This document shows, piece after piece, positions 24,201 through 38,215 of a DNA stretch of 64,000 nt (positions are counted from its first letter, which is position 1; each line of letters opens with the position of its first letter). A model generated the notes under the pieces. That model was not told where the DNA came from. It was given only the letters and a program-made list of their open reading frames with translations, and did no database searches. Source of the stretch: Chiloscyllium plagiosum (taxonomy: Eukaryota). The stretch is taken from assembly GCF_004010195.1 (NCBI RefSeq), contig NC_057718.1, forward strand, positions 25,237,261 to 25,301,260, written 5' to 3'. The translations under genes were made by a program, and so were the position numbers.

Positions 24201-25214
24201 TTAAAACAGCATGAGTTCAAATTTCTGTTTTGGGGTCATTTTTTAACAAAAATATTTCAGTATCTTTTTTTCCCAGACCTAATTTTCAGAGTATCATCTG
24301 GAACAGTTATTAATGATCAATCCTGAGGTTAATTCTGAGGAGTGCTCTAACAACCTGGAATATCTTTAGTGCTGGAACTTTTATTGTTTAAAAATGAGAT
24401 TGGAGAACAAAAGGCCTAAGTGATTAAAAAGATTTTTTTTGCAAGGAGATGAATGAACTTTTCATTCAACAGTAAATTAAATAAAAGTGATATCTATTTG
24501 TACTTTCTTATCATTTAGCCCAGTACTAACAGTATGTTCCAGAATGTGTTTAAAATATCACTTGTGTCATAAAACTAGTCAAGGCTTGATGATTTATGTG
24601 TAATTTTCACTTATTGAATCTTTCACATTCTGATAGAACTGCATAGACTGTTGTCAGTGTGATTTCCAGCATTTATACACATCAATGTGTTTAATTGCAT
24701 ATTTTCCATTATCATATTATTCAGTATTTTATCAAATCACTATTTAATCTGTAATAATGCACCATCTGTTCACATTATTAATTTTCATCTCATAATTTTA
24801 GCAAAATACATTAATTACTTTTAGGTGATTTTTATCTGTCGGGCATAAAGGCCTTATCCTCTGATAAATTATCTTCACCTCTAGAAAGGGGCATTTTCGG
24901 TCATCTTCAGTACTGAAGTAACCAGTTGTGGAGATTCAATCAATGGTAGTGTTTATTGAGCTTAACAATGCAGCTTTTTAAGTACCATTTATAAAAGCAC
25001 ATGGATCAGATATAAGCCAACACATACAAATGACAAGAAAAATCTAGACAGCTTTAATGGACTCATAATAATTACCTGGGATCAACAATATATATCCTGG
25101 AATACTGAAAGAACATAGGATAGTTTGTGACAGACTGATAATCAGACACTTAAGGAGATAATGCAGAGATAACAGTAAATTAGAAACTCTACCCTGGAAG
25201 TAGTCGGGGTGCCC

Positions 25215-27022
25215 TCATATGAACGGGATATGATGCTCAATTCATCGATCGCCAGTTCCAACGTGCCACAGCGAGAAACTGTAATGACCTCCTCAGGACA
25301 CAGACTCGTGCAACTGACAGGGGACCCTTCGTAGTCCAGTACTTCCCAGGAGCCGAAAAACTACACCATGTTCATTGCGACCTGCAACACATTATCAATG
25401 AGGATGAGCCTCTCACCAAGACCTTCCCCAGCCCTCCACTTCTCACGTTTAAATAACCACCAAACCTCAAACAGATCATTGTTTGCAGCAAACTGCCCGG
25501 CTTTCAGGACAACACAATACAACCTTTTCATGGTGGACACTGCAAGACGTGTCAGAGTTTCGACACGGATACCACCATTATGCGTGGGGACACCTCCTGC
25601 CATTTACGTGGCAGGTACTCATGTGACTCAGCCAAAGTTGTTGATCTCATACGCTGCGGGCAAGGATGCCCTGAGGCATGGTACATTGGCGAGGCCAAAC
25701 AGAGGCTACAGCAATGGATGTATGGACACCACACAACAATCAACAGATAGGAGTGTTCCCTCCTGGTTGGAGAACACTTCAGTGGTCCAGGACATTCGAC
25801 CTTGGACCTTCGGGTGACCATCCTCCTCCAAGGCAGACTTCGGGACAGGCAACAAGGGAAAGTGACAGAGCAGAGGCTGATAGTCAAGCTCAGTACTCAT
25901 GGGGATGGCCTCAACGAGGACCTTAGGTTCATGTCACACTACAGGCGACCCCATTGCACTATACACACACACACACACACGACACAGTCACACAGACACT
26001 CCTAGGCAAAAGTGAGGTCTGCAGATGCTGAAAACCAGAGTTTAGGTTAGAGTGGTGCTGGAAAAGCACAGTAGGTCAGGCAGCATCCGAGAAGCAGGAA
26101 AATTGATGTTTCGGGCAAAAGCTCTTCATCAGGAATAGAGAAGCACAGACACTCCTACATACACACACTCCTACAGATACACATACTGTCCTACAGACCC
26201 ATACACTCACGCAGACCCTTTTTCATATACTCACACATACACTCCCACACTCACACATGCACCCTCTCACAGACATATACCCCTTTACACTCATACACAT
26301 ACATATACACTCTCTCACAGACATTCATAAACCCTGCCCACCCCCCCTGCCAACACACACCCACATGCCTACCTACACATATAAGTTTGTGGGGTGAATT
26401 TGTACTTGCATAATTACATTTTACTTTGCTCAAAAACTGCATGAATCCATGTAAGATTCTGTAAATCCATTTTTTAGATTAGAATCAGTCTGAACATTGG
26501 GGCACAGACAGCCTCACACAGGGCACCTCACACCTTCAATGCATTATCTGGGCTGACATAACAGCAATTGTTAAAATTCACTTGAGAATGTAACTTTTAA
26601 ATGTTCTGCGATTTACGCATAGTGTCATAGAGTAATAGAGATGTACCAGCACAGAAACAGACCCTTCAGTCCAGGCCGACCAGATATTCCAACCCAATCT
26701 AGTCCCACCTGCCAGCACCCAGCACATATCCCTTCAATCACTTCCTATTCATATACCTAATGCCTTTTAAACCAACATGTTCATTCTAAAAGATGAGGGA
26801 CTTAACAAACAATCCAGGTCTTTGTCAATATATAATTTCAGTTACATCACACTGTAAACATTTGCTATCAATTCTGTGTCTTACAATCCTCAACTCCACA
26901 ACCACCTGATGGAGTAGCGCTCTGAAAGCCAGTGCTTCCAAATAAACCTGTTGGACTATAACCTGGTGTTGTGTGATTTTATAACTTTGTACACCCCAGT
27001 CCAGCACCGACATCTCCAAATT
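25215..27022 (+). mobile_element. Penelope-like element 3' half: GIY-YIG endonuclease, CA-rich region, terminal repeat; contains nested pLTR (26005-26143) and CR1 tail (about 26620-26770)
   Basis: Reads GRYSCDSAKVVDLIRCGQGCPEAWYIGEAKQRLQQWMYGH. A decayed ctgatg-gagtagcgctct-gaaag motif lies at 26906-26928. Confidence 0.8.
26005..26143 (-). mobile_element. Short Penelope pseudo-LTR insertion with hammerhead-like motif
   Basis: Minus strand CTGATGA-agagc-tttt-gccc-GAAAC-ATC. Exact 14-bp TSD cacagacactccta at 25991-26004 and 26144-26157. Confidence 0.82.
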
Positions 27023-27579
27023 AGGATTGTATTCTCCTAGTTTTATTTTTGCCTGTACAATTTCATCTTTAATGTTTATCCCCAAACATCTATTGTTGGT
27101 TCCCAGTTTTTTTCTCATATAGATGCTGACCTTTGGTGACAAAATCTGAAAGCAATGTCACTTGCCACATATAGGAAAAATTTGGAGGGATATGGGCCAG
27201 GAACAGGCAGGTGGGACTAGTTTAGTTTGGGATTATGATTGGCTTAGACTGGTTGGACCAAAGGGTCAATTTCCATGCTGTATGACTCCACGACTCGATA
27301 TATACGCAGATACCACTCAGCACTATTTCACCACTATCATGTTTAACAGTTCACTGTCTCTAAACTTATAGACTTTTTGTCCAACATTGATATTCAGATG
27401 AAGTCATTGGCTTCATTGCTCTCCCTGGCAATCTCCTGAGGCTAAACAAGATTATTTGCAATCTTTGAATTGCATTTGACCCTGAGATGAACTTTGAGCC
27501 ATATATCCAATTCACTATTAAGATTTCCTGGATCAGCAGCAATCCTCACATGCTGAGTGTTCTCTAATCATATGGAACA

Positions 27580-28305
27580 AGACTTGCATAATATTCAGCT
27601 TGAACTAACATTTATGCCACACAAGTGCCAAGCATGTTGAACAAGAGAGAATGCAACAATCATCCCCTAGGTATTCAATGGCATTACGACCCTGAATCTC
27701 CCACTATCAATATCTAGGGGATTACCGTTGGCCACAATCTGAACTGCACCAGCCAAATAAATATTGTGGCTACAGAGCAGGTCAAAACGTAGGGATTTTT
27801 CAGCAAGTAATTACACGCTTGTCTCCCCAATGCCTGTCTATCATCAACAAGGCACATGTTAAGAGTGTGGTGGAATATTCTTCACTTGCCTTCAATAACA
27901 CTTATAAATTTGGCATCATCCAAGACAAAGCAACCTGATGTGGCGCTACATCTAACACATTCAACTGCTGTACCACTGAACAGTGGCAGAAGTGTGTATC
28001 ATAGATAAGATGCACTACAACAATTCACCAAATCTCCTTCAACAACACCTTACAAATCTGTGGCCTCTACCTCTAAATCGGACAATAGTAGCATGGGAAC
28101 ATCACTATCTGCAGGTTCCCCTCAAGGCACATACCACTGTATGTTCCTTTATTGTCATTGGGTCAAAATCTTGAAACTCCTTTCGTAACAGCATTGTGAA
28201 TGCACCTATCCCATTGATTGACTGCAGCAATGCAACTCCCCACCACCTTCTCAAGAGCAATTAGTGATTGGCCTTGCCAGCAATGCCCACATCCTGTGAA
28301 TGAAT
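27580..28305 (+). mobile_element. CR1/L2-clade LINE 3' remnant (second family)
   Basis: KAHVKSVVEYSSLA-like remnant and tail ccaccttctcaagagcaa..ggccttgccagcaatgcccacatcc..tgaatgaat. Homologous to 47380-48125. Confidence 0.7.
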
Positions 28306-30283
28306 AAAGGCATTTCCCATATCTGCCTCTGCCTCAGCTCATCTTCTGCTGAATGCTTCAACAACAGTTTTTTTTCAATTTTGCATTTATGTTTGATTAT
28401 TCCATTGTATATCTGGCTCTCCTCCAATATTCAACTAATATCTACCATGAGCAGAACGATAAAAAGTAGTTCACTACACTTAAAGTCCTTTCAAGCTTAG
28501 TGCCTCATATGAACAATCGTTTGAACCCATTGGTATTTCTCAAAGATTCCATTTGGAGGCCACATTTGGAGATGTCAGTCAAATGTGAATTGTCAAGCAT
28601 TCTACTGTAATAATGATAGCTAGTAATAACAGTTATGCAGGGTTAATCCTGTAATAATAGTTCTCAGGCTTATGTCAACAGACATAATAAAAATAGCAAT
28701 TTTTTTAACACTGCAAAGAGTTTTTCTTTCAAATTTTTAAATGCCAGGAGATGTGATTGCCTTGATTCCTCCCTTTGGCAGGTTCCTTTGACAGCTCAAG
28801 GGAATTCATGTTTGCACTTAACAATTGCAAAGAGCAACTGAATTCCACAAAAGGGTACCTTTCCTCTTCCAAGAACACCTGGCCTCTCCAAGAAGAGTCC
28901 TGGGACCACGTCTAACATGGTACCTTACCTTTTCAAAAGGGTACATTCTCTCCAAAGAACTCCAATATCTTGAGAACATTGCCTACCAGGTCTACCATCC
29001 ACAATCCCACTAGAAGAGACATGAATATGCACTTTAACATATGCAGTTGCTTTAATCAACCTTGGATATGTAAATTTGAACCAGCCTCTATTCCCTTCCA
29101 CCTGAGAGAAAAGTCAGAGACCAGGTCCCAGGGCAGATCTTCAAGATTTTATGCCTCAAGTGCATTTTTTGCTCTCTGCAAATGTTTTTGCAAGAATTGA
29201 GTCCTAAGGGTACAAACTAACAAATGATAAATTTGAAACTGATATTGGAATTTTTTCAATCAAACAATTAAAAATTAAATCTTTTCCTTTAAGGTGTGAC
29301 ACATATAATTGTCAGCGTGAGTGAAAGAAATATTCAAATTGGGCCTGAATGTTTTAATTATTATTGATGTCAATTATCATTACCTCTTTGTCTTTTTATA
29401 ACCGTTTTATATTTCCTTCTTATTGAATACATTGTTGCAACTAATTTGTTCATTATTTTCTACAAACAATTATTTTACATTGCTGTGTGATTGTAGCACG
29501 TTGGTCAGAAGAATATGATAATTGTACTGGAAGACAGATAAGGGACTGAACGGATAGGATGAATCAACTGAGAAGAATTATCTTTCCTTGTATTTGTTCA
29601 AAAAATGCAGAAACTTCTTTGATACTGAAAATATGAATACTTCTACTTTAAATAATAATTTCTAACATAGCATTTTGTATTAAACCATTAAACATCTTAG
29701 CTCTTTTTAATGTTCTGTGTGATCCAGCTGATTTTGGATGAACTATTTTTAATACTTCATTAAAAATTCTTTTGAATAATATTCTTAGCTGACAGTTCAA
29801 CACCTCAGGTAACACTCCTCTGGCAGCACTTTAACCACTGTCTTAAAATAGCTGTTCAATGGAATTTGAACCCAAAGTTTAATAATGAAATTGTCAGAAT
29901 CCATTAATTCCTCATCCAGGCTTCTGCACCATTTCTTGGATCTCTTACTCTCTCCTGTTTTCTGTTGGCAGAACCTACCGACAGCATTTCTATTATGTAA
30001 CTGCAAGTGCATTCAATGCAACTGCAGTGCATATTAACTCCAACATAGAAATAATTTGTCAGAATACCACCACTGCTTCATAATCAATATGTTGTTAATG
30101 AGACAAGGTATCTGAGTTGGTCTATTTTTAGCTGCAATTATTGAGAAATCTCTCTCGTAATTGATTTCATTGAATTACATGGAACGTACAGTACATAAGT
30201 CTTTGACCTTTCTCATCTATGGCAGCATTTATCCTCTTATCCTTTTACATTTAATTCTATCAGTATAACCTCTTTTCCCTTTT

Positions 30284-31381
30284 CAATAGACAATAAACAA
30301 TAGACAATAGGTGCAGGAGTAGGCCATTCTGCCCTTCGAGCCTGCACCACCATTCATTATGATCATGGCTGATCATCCTCAATCAGTATCCTGTTCCTGC
30401 CTTATCTCCATAACCCTTGATTCCACTATCCTTGAGAGCTCTACCCAACTCTTTCTTAAATGAACCCAGAGACTGGGCCTCCACTGCTCTCTGGGGCAGA
30501 GCATTCCACACAGCCACCACTCTCTGGGTGAACAAGTTTCTACTCATCTCTGTCCTAAATGGTCTACCCCATATTTTTAAGCTGTGTCCTCTGGTTCAGC
30601 ACTCACCCATCAGNNNNNNNNNNNNNNNNNNNNNNNNNNNNNNNNNNNNNNNNNNNNNNNNNNNNNNNNNNNNNNNNNNNNNNNNNNNNNNNNNNNNNNN
30701 NNNNNNNNNNNNNNNNNNNNNNNNNNNNNNNNNNNNNNNNNNNNNNNNNNNNNNNNNNNNNNNNNNNNNNNNNNNNNNNNNNNNNNNNNNNNNNNNNNNN
30801 NNNNNNNNNNNNNNNNNNNNNNNNNNNNNNNNNNNNNNNNNNNNNNNNNNNNNNNNNNNNNNNNNNNNNNNNNNNNNNNNNNNNNNNNNNNNNNNNNNNN
30901 NNNNNNNNNNNNNNNNNNNNNNNNNNNNNNNNNNNNNNNNNNNNNNNNNNNNNNNNNNNNNNNNNNNNNNNNNNNNNNNNNNNNNNNNNNNNNNNNNNNN
31001 NNNNNNNNNNNNNNNNNNNNNNNNNNNNNNNNNNNNNNNNNNNNNNNNNNNNNNNNNNNNNNNNNNNNNNNNNNNNNNNNNNNNNNNNNNNNNNNNNNNN
31101 NNNNNNNNNNNNNNNNNNNNNNNNNNNNNNNNNNNNNNNNNNNNNNNNNNNNNNNNNNNNNNNNNNNNNNNNNNNNNNNNNNNNNNNNNNNNNNNNNNNN
31201 NNNNNNNNNNNNNNNNNNTCCAGGTACACTACATCCACTGGGTCTCCCTTGTCCATTTTCAGAGTTACATCCTCAAAAAATTCCAGAAGATTAGTCAAGC
31301 ATGATTTCCCTTCATAAATCCATGCTGACTCTGACCTATCCTGTTACTGCTATCCAGATGTGTCGTAATTCCATCCTTTAT
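30284..31381 (-). mobile_element. CR1 LINE 3' part (spans N-gap)
   Basis: TNLLEFFEDVTLKMDKGDPVDVVYL on one side of the gap, 3' region and caatagacaata tail on the other. Confidence 0.88.
30614..31218. other. Assembly gap
   Basis: Run of N. Confidence 1.
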
Positions 31382-34099
31382 ATGAACATTCCCTCATATG
31401 AACATAAAGGATAACATCATAAAAAAAGGAACAGAAGTGAGCCATTCAGCCCCTTGAACTTGCTCCATCATTTAATAAATACATGGCTAAGCAGATTGTG
31501 ACCTAACTCCACTTTATTGCCCAATAGCCCTGAACTCCTTTATCATTCAAATATCTGCCTAACTCAGCTTTGAATACGCTCAGTGACCCAAAACTATACA
31601 CAGTACTCTCAATGTTATATCACCAGTAGCCTTATAGTTGTAACAAGGCTTCACAACTTTTATACTCCAATCTCCTTCCAATAAAAACTAACATGTCATT
31701 CGCCTTCCCAATTACGCTTTATTATTGCATGCTAAACATTTAGTAATTTCTGTGAACCTGGGTTCAAATCCTGCCATGGCAGATGGTGGAATTTGAATTC
31801 AATAAAAATATGGAATCACAAGTCTAATGATGACCGTGAATCCATCGTCAATTGTTGGGAAAAACCCATCTGATTCACTAATATCCATCCGTATCTGGTC
31901 TGGTCTAGATGTGACTCCAGACCCACTACAATTAGAGATGGGCAGTAACTGAGCTGCCAGTGGAAATGGTGGAGGCTGGTACAATTACAACATTTAAAAG
32001 GCTGGGTATTGAATAGGAAGGTGTTTGAGGGATATGGGCCAAGTGCTGGAAAATGGGAGTAGATTCATTTAGGATATCTGGTCAGCATGGATGATTCGAA
32101 CTGAAGGGTCTGTTTCCATTCAGCTGTTTAGCTCTATGACTCTATGATTCTAAACACTAGCCTAGTCAAATTCTAAACACTAGCCTAGTCAGAAATGCCC
32201 ACATTCTGTGAACGAATTTTAAAAAGAACAAGTACAACCAATTACCTCTGCAGTGCTTCATGATTTAATTAATATTCTTCATTTTTATGCTTCCTGCCGA
32301 AATGAACTTTTCATTTGTTTTCACATTTAATTCAATCTGCCAATTTTTTTCCCAATCGCCAAATCTATTTGCATCCCTTTCCCCTTTGTATCCTCTTCAC
32401 AACTTGCTCGCTCTCTGTCATTGTATCATCAACAAGTTTGGCACTAAAAAAGTTGGTCTGTGTCCAAGTCATGAGTGTACATCACAAATTGTTTAAAGCC
32501 ATCTTTGATTCTTGTGGCACTCCACTAGTTATAACTTTCCGTTCCGAAATTTACCCATTTAACTCAACACTCTTTCCTGTTAGTCAACCAATCCTTGATA
32601 CATGCTAATATAGCACACAAACACTAGAGATTATTACATTGCACAGCCTTCAATTCCATTAGTTTTTCCACAGCCTTTTCTCTGATGAGACTGTTAAGTT
32701 TCTGAACTGTTCTGAAGAAGTCACACAAGACTCGAAACACTTACTTTGTTTCTTTCTTCACAGATGCTGCCAGATCTATTGAGTTTCTCCAGCATTTTTA
32801 ATGTTTCTTTTGATGTAAAGTATCTGTGTAATTTGTAAGCCATCTCCTTACTTTCTATTAATTCCTCAGACTCATTTTCTATAGGACCAATGCTCACTTT
32901 GTGAACTATTTTTATGTATCTGTAAAACACTTACTATCTACTTTTATATTACCAGCATCATTTTCCCAAACTCTTATTTTCTTTTCCTCATTATTAACCT
33001 TTTTGTTATTCTTTGCTCTTTTTCTATTCTGACCAGTCTTTTGAATTGCCACCATCTTTGCATAATCCATGCATTTTCTTTAAGTTTGTTATGATCTTTA
33101 ACATTTGTAGTTATACATGGATGTTGGATCCTTCCCTCGGATTTTTTTTTGTTTCTCTTTGGCATATACCTAACCTGTGTATTCTGAAATATCCACTTAA
33201 ATGTTGGCCACTGCATTTAGAGTAACAGTGTTTTACAGAATGGATGGAGGTCCTTCAGCCCTTTGAACTAATCATCAAGTACCTATCTATTGTTGTCCCA
33301 CTTTCCACCATTGGGCCTGAAATCTTGTGTGCTTTGGCATTTTAAGTGATCGTCTAAGCACTTCTTAAATGTTGTGATTGTTCCCTCCTTTATCACCTTT
33401 CAGACAATGAGTTCCAGATATTCAACACCTTCTGTGTGGAAAAATAAATCTTCCTTAGACTCTCATAAACTCCTACCTTAGTCTATGCCGTCTTGTTATT
33501 GATCCCTTCACTAAAGGGGAAGGTTACTTTCTATCTGCCATAATATCTACCATAATTTTGTACATCTCTATCGGGTTCCCCCTCAGCCTTCTGTGCTTTA
33601 AGAAAAGAAAACCCAGCCTATTTAATCTCTCCTCAAAGCTGAAATTCTCCAGCCCAGGATCCTGGCGAATCTCCTCTATATCTTCTCTATTTCAATGTAA
33701 TCACACCCATCCTATAGTGTGGTGACCAAAACTACACACAGGTCCACCACAATCCCCTTGCTCTTGTCTTCAATACCTCAATAAATAAAGACAAGTATCC
33801 CATATGCCTTCTTCACCAACTTATGCACCTGCCTGTTGCCTTGAGGTATCTGCAGGCAAGTGCACCAAGATGCCTGTGATCTTCTGTACTTCCTACGATC
33901 CTATCATTCATTATATACTCCCTTCTTCCCAAAATGCATGATCGCACACTCTTCAGGATTAAATTCTATTTGCCCTTGTTCTGTCTATCTGACCAGCCCA
34001 CCTATATTGTTAAGTAATTTGAAGATTTCTTCCTTGCTATTTACCATACTATCATTTTTCGTAACATATACCAACTTACTGAACAAACTGCTTACACCG

Positions 34100-34424
34100 T
34101 GGGCGGCATGGTGGCACAGTGGTTAGCACTGCTGCCTCACAGCACCAGAGACCCGGGTTCAATTCCCGCCTCAGGAGACTGACTGTGTGGAGTTTCCACA
34201 TTCTCCCCATGTCTGCGTGGGTTTCCTTCGGGTGCTCCGGTTTCCTCCCACAGTCCAAAGATGTGCAGGTCAGGTGAATTGGCCATGCTAAATTGCCCGT
34301 AGTGGATAAATGTAGGGGTATGGGTGGTTTGCGCTTCAGCGGGGCAGTGTGGACTTGTTGGCCCGAAGGGTCTGTTTCCACACTGTAAAGTAATGTAATG
34401 TAATCTAAAGTAATCTAATCTAAT
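34100..34424 (+). mobile_element. HE1-type V-SINE (well preserved)
   Basis: gggcggcatggtggcacagtggttagc head, ggttcaattcc B box, complete core, (taatc)n tail. Confidence 0.92.
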
Positions 34425-34538
34425 CATTCATATCCAGACCATTAATGTACACCATAAACAGCAAGGCACCTCGCATCAAACTTTCTGGTACACTACGAGA
34501 AGCCTCTATTGAACTGAGCTTTAACCTAATTAACCTGA

Positions 34539-34853
34539 GTGGCATGGTGACACAGTGGTTAGCACTGGTGTCTCACAGTGCCAGGGAACCAGGTTTCATT
34601 CCAGCCTTGGGCAACTCTCTGTGTGAAGCTTGCACATTCTGTCCATGGGTTTTTCTGAGTGCTCCAGTTTCCTCCCACAGTCCAAATACATGCATTTTAG
34701 GTGGATTGGCTGTGCTAAATTGCCCCGTAGTGTTCATGCTTAGTGCTTAACCATGTAAAATGAGAGGTTATAGGGTGGGTGGGATGCAGAGGTTCGGGGC
34801 AGACTCAATGAGCCAAATGGCCTCTATCTGCACTGTAGGCACTCTTTGATTCT
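34539..34853 (+). mobile_element. HE1-type V-SINE (older)
   Basis: Diverged head, core and tail. Confidence 0.8.
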
Positions 34854-36040
34854 ACTTTGCCAGTTTACCTTAACTTTGTACCCTTAAGCCCACATTTTTA
34901 ATTCAAAATACCAGTCTTGTCTTCCCCTCCTCAAACTAAATGTAAAATGCAGTTATCCTATGAGTGCTTGGCGTAAGAGTGCCTTTGCTGTGAGATTATT
35001 AATTAATCTTTTCTCTTTACACAATATCTCATCTATTATAGCCAGCTCTCTGGCTGCATCCAAAATGTACTGTTTTAAGAAACCATCCCTCACACATAAG
35101 AAGCATTGAAAGGTAATGGCATAGAAAGAGCCTATTCATCCCGTTGTTTCTGTGTGAAAGTCTGAGCTCCTCATTTAGGTTACCTTTGTCCATTTGATAT
35201 TTCTCAATCTATGTGTAAATTAAAATTCCCTATGATTAACATTATATTGTTCTGACAAGCTCCCACTATTTACTTATATTGCATCCTACCATGTGGTTAT
35301 TGTTATGGGGCCAACACTACACTCCAACAAGTGACTTCTGCCTTCAACCTGTCTTCGCTGTGCTAATACCATCAATAACTAACAGAGCAGTTGTCCATCT
35401 TTTCCTAGCTTCTTGTTCTTTTCAATTGACATAAGCCCTTCAAATTTCAAGTCCCAATCTATGTCATCCTGTTGCTAATTTTAAGTTTAACAACTGTATA
35501 TTTGAGTTCAAAGTACAAATCATTAATGCAGATTATGAACATGAGTGAAACCTGATCAAGGCTGATCCATGTGGAACACTCCCATCCACTTCCTGAGTAT
35601 TTTTCCTTTATCATTATTATCCACTTTCTGTTTTGCAGACATCTACCTATTCATTTGGCTGCTTGTTCCATGGCACTGCATACTCCGATGTTGTACATTA
35701 ATCCATTATATGGCAACTTATCAAGGCCTTGTGGAAAACTAGATATGCAACTTCGATTGCATTATTATTGTCTATTCTCTGTTACCTCTTCAAAAACTCA
35801 TTGGTCAAGCAAGACTTCACTGTCTGATTTTCATAATAGATGTAATTCTTATCCTTTAATTTGGGTAGATGGATCTCTATTTCTTCCCTTAGCAGAGATT
35901 CCATTAATTTTTCTATTACTAATATTAAAATGACTAATATTTCCCTCGACACGCAAAGATTTTAAATAGAAATGTGTTTTTGTGATTCTTTGTAGGCAAT
36001 CAGTTTGAGTTTTCATTGCTGTTTATGATCTGTTTTCCAG

Positions 36041-36070
36041 ATGAAGCTTCAAACATTCAGTGACATTGGT
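36041..36070 (+). CDS. WDR64: WDR64 30-nt microexon D (phase 0 to 0)
   Basis: tgttttccag|ATGAAGCTTCAAACATTCAGTGACATTGGT|gtgagt encodes MKLQTFSDIG. It fills the 10-residue gap (recalled human MRVQTSTNVT) between exons C and E. Confidence 0.82.
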
Positions 36071-36647
36071 GTGAGTACCTTCTGTTTCCACTGAAGTGAA
36101 ATACAACAGCCATATATGTAGTTAGTGGAGATCTGCTGGAATACCTACTGTCTCTTTCATGTCTGTAATAGAACTGTTGCAAGCTACAGGTTTTAACAAG
36201 CACAAAGAATTGTGAATGCTGGAAATCTGAAACAAAAACAGTGTTGTGGAAACACAGCAGGACTAGCAGCACTTATAGAGAGAAAACAAAATTATCATTT
36301 CAAGTCTCGTCTCACTTTGTCAGAACAGTTCTCTGTTTTTTTCTCTACAGATGCTGCCAGATCTGCTGTGTTTCACGAGCTCTCCGTTTATGTTAGAGAC
36401 TCTAATGTTGATTTTATACAAATCAAAATTATCCATTATTTACATATGGGTCCAAATCTTCCAATGGCAATACATTTGTTTCTATGACATAAATGGGAGT
36501 TACACATCTGGACTCCACAGAATGCCCATTGTCACACATACCAAGAGAATTGCCCAGGAATTTAAAGATTCCACTTGGCTAAATCCCTGAACTTGGAGCC
36601 ATCTGAAAGTATCCATCTAAATCAGAGAATTCACAGGTAAAGACTTG

Positions 36648-36938
36648 TCATAGAATCCTTACAATGTGGAAACAGGCTTCTTGGCCCATTGAGTCCACAC
36701 TGACCCTCTATAGAGCATCCTAGCCCCCCTACCCTATCATCCCGCATTTACCATAGTTAATCCACTTAGCCTGCACCACTGTGGGCAATTTAGCATGGCC
36801 AATCCACTTAGCCCGGACATCTATGGACTGTGGGAGGAAACTGGATCATGTGGATGAAACCCTCACAGATAGTCAGCCAAGGGTAGAATCCGTGGTGCTG
36901 TGAGGCAGCAGTGCTAACCACTGAGCCAACTTGCTACC
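36648..36938 (-). mobile_element. HE1-type V-SINE
   Basis: Reverse-complement head gctgtgaggcagcagtgctaaccactgagcca and core. Confidence 0.8.
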
Positions 36939-37859
36939 TTTAGGGAAGTTAAAAAAAACCTAAAAATCCTATTCTAATTCCTGGATAACTTACCACACAC
37001 CTACCCTCCCAACTAGACTTGTGCCAGAACCCTTGCACCCCCCAGACTCTGACATAACCCACAAACCTCTCCCTCTGTGAACCGACAACTGCATTCTCCC
37101 TCAAGCCATGAGACCTCTTTCACCCTCCCCATCTAACCCTGCCATGTCACCTGCCAGAAAAATCTCCCCAGAACACAAGACTCCCTCTCCTGCTGGTGTA
37201 TGATGCTCCCCTCTCCCTATAACCAGCACCACTCCTCCTCTGTATGTCCTGACAACCCCTATATCACTCCTAGTGAGGAAAGATCTCTCGACCCGAAATG
37301 CTAACTCTGATTTCTCTCCACAGATGCTGCCAGACCTGCTGAGCTTTTCCAGCAATTTCCTTTTCTGTGGTATAATGAGATTCATGGATATTGTGAAGAT
37401 GTAACATAAGAGTAAATTATAATTTAAATCTTAAAAAAGTAATAAGTGCCAATTTTAAGTTACAGTACAAAAAGAACATAAGAGGAGGAAATGTTTTGTT
37501 GACATAAAAAATAGTTTGGGTGGAGACCCTAGATGCAATGTGATTATAGCTAAGTCCTGCTCAATCTTCAAGTTTGTCCATGTTCATTTGCCAAAGGTCA
37601 GAGACAAATCAAATAATGCATTCATTTGAGTGTCAGGAGCAAAGTCAAAGTCAGAAGCATCAGGTGGGTCAGTGCCAGCAGTTTCGTAAGTCCCATACTC
37701 CCAATCCTGATCAATTGAAACTTGAGACAAACACATGCAGACTTCACTGCTGATGGCTTGGATCGTGGACAAACTGGGCACACCCTCCCTGGGCTGACTG
37801 ATTCTCAGATGCAGTGCACACTGTATCCGTGACCCCAACCTCCCCAGTTCGTGGCCCGC

Positions 37860-38215
37860 AATACCCCTTCACCACTCTCAGGGTGAGTCTGTAGGTGGCT
37901 GTATAGACCAATACGGCTACCATGGGCTGTGTTACACTTGGGGTTTGTGCTGGTCACGGGAAGGGGTGGATGGAGGCACTGATGTAGCACTATGAGCCTT
38001 TCATTGTTTTCTCCTGGCTTCCGTTTTTTTTCCCAATGGCAAGTCTCGAGATGCTTAATGCCTTCCCGGATCCTTCTTGTCCACTTTGGATGGTCTTGGG
38101 CCAGTGATTCCCAGGTGTCTGTGGGAATGCCGCCCTCTATTAGTGAGGTCTTGAGAATATCCCAGAAGTACTTCCTCAGTCCACCTGGGACTTGACTGCC
38201 ATTTTGGAGTATCCA
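37860..38215 (-). mobile_element. RTE-clade LINE 3' fragment
   Basis: ORF 37805..38290 contains GGLRKYFWDILKTSL..GIPTDTWESLAQDHPKW and SRIGLYSHLQTH, typical of the RTE C-terminus. Confidence 0.8.

Larger units (their letters stand above)
31410..35950 (-). mobile_element. Mosaic of old, mostly minus-strand CR1 fragments with nested SINEs and pLTR pieces
   Basis: Remnants such as FYRYIK..IGPIENE (ORF 32721..32930) and several CR1 3' regions. Internal boundaries not resolved. Confidence 0.6.

Noticed and set aside
28750..29210. Possible LTR/L1-type coding remnant
   Set aside because: No diagnostic motif readable in any frame.
30417..31317. Long ORFs of 231-295 aa in the track
   Set aside because: Artefacts of translating through the N-gap. 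The flanks are CR1.
32147..32191. 23-bp direct repeat (similar ones at 56303-56346 and about 15622-15654)
   Set aside because: Ordinary slippage microduplications inside repeat remnants.
37584..37838. Acidic 84-aa minus-strand ORF
   Set aside because: No recognisable domain or convincing splice sites, and it adjoins an RTE remnant.
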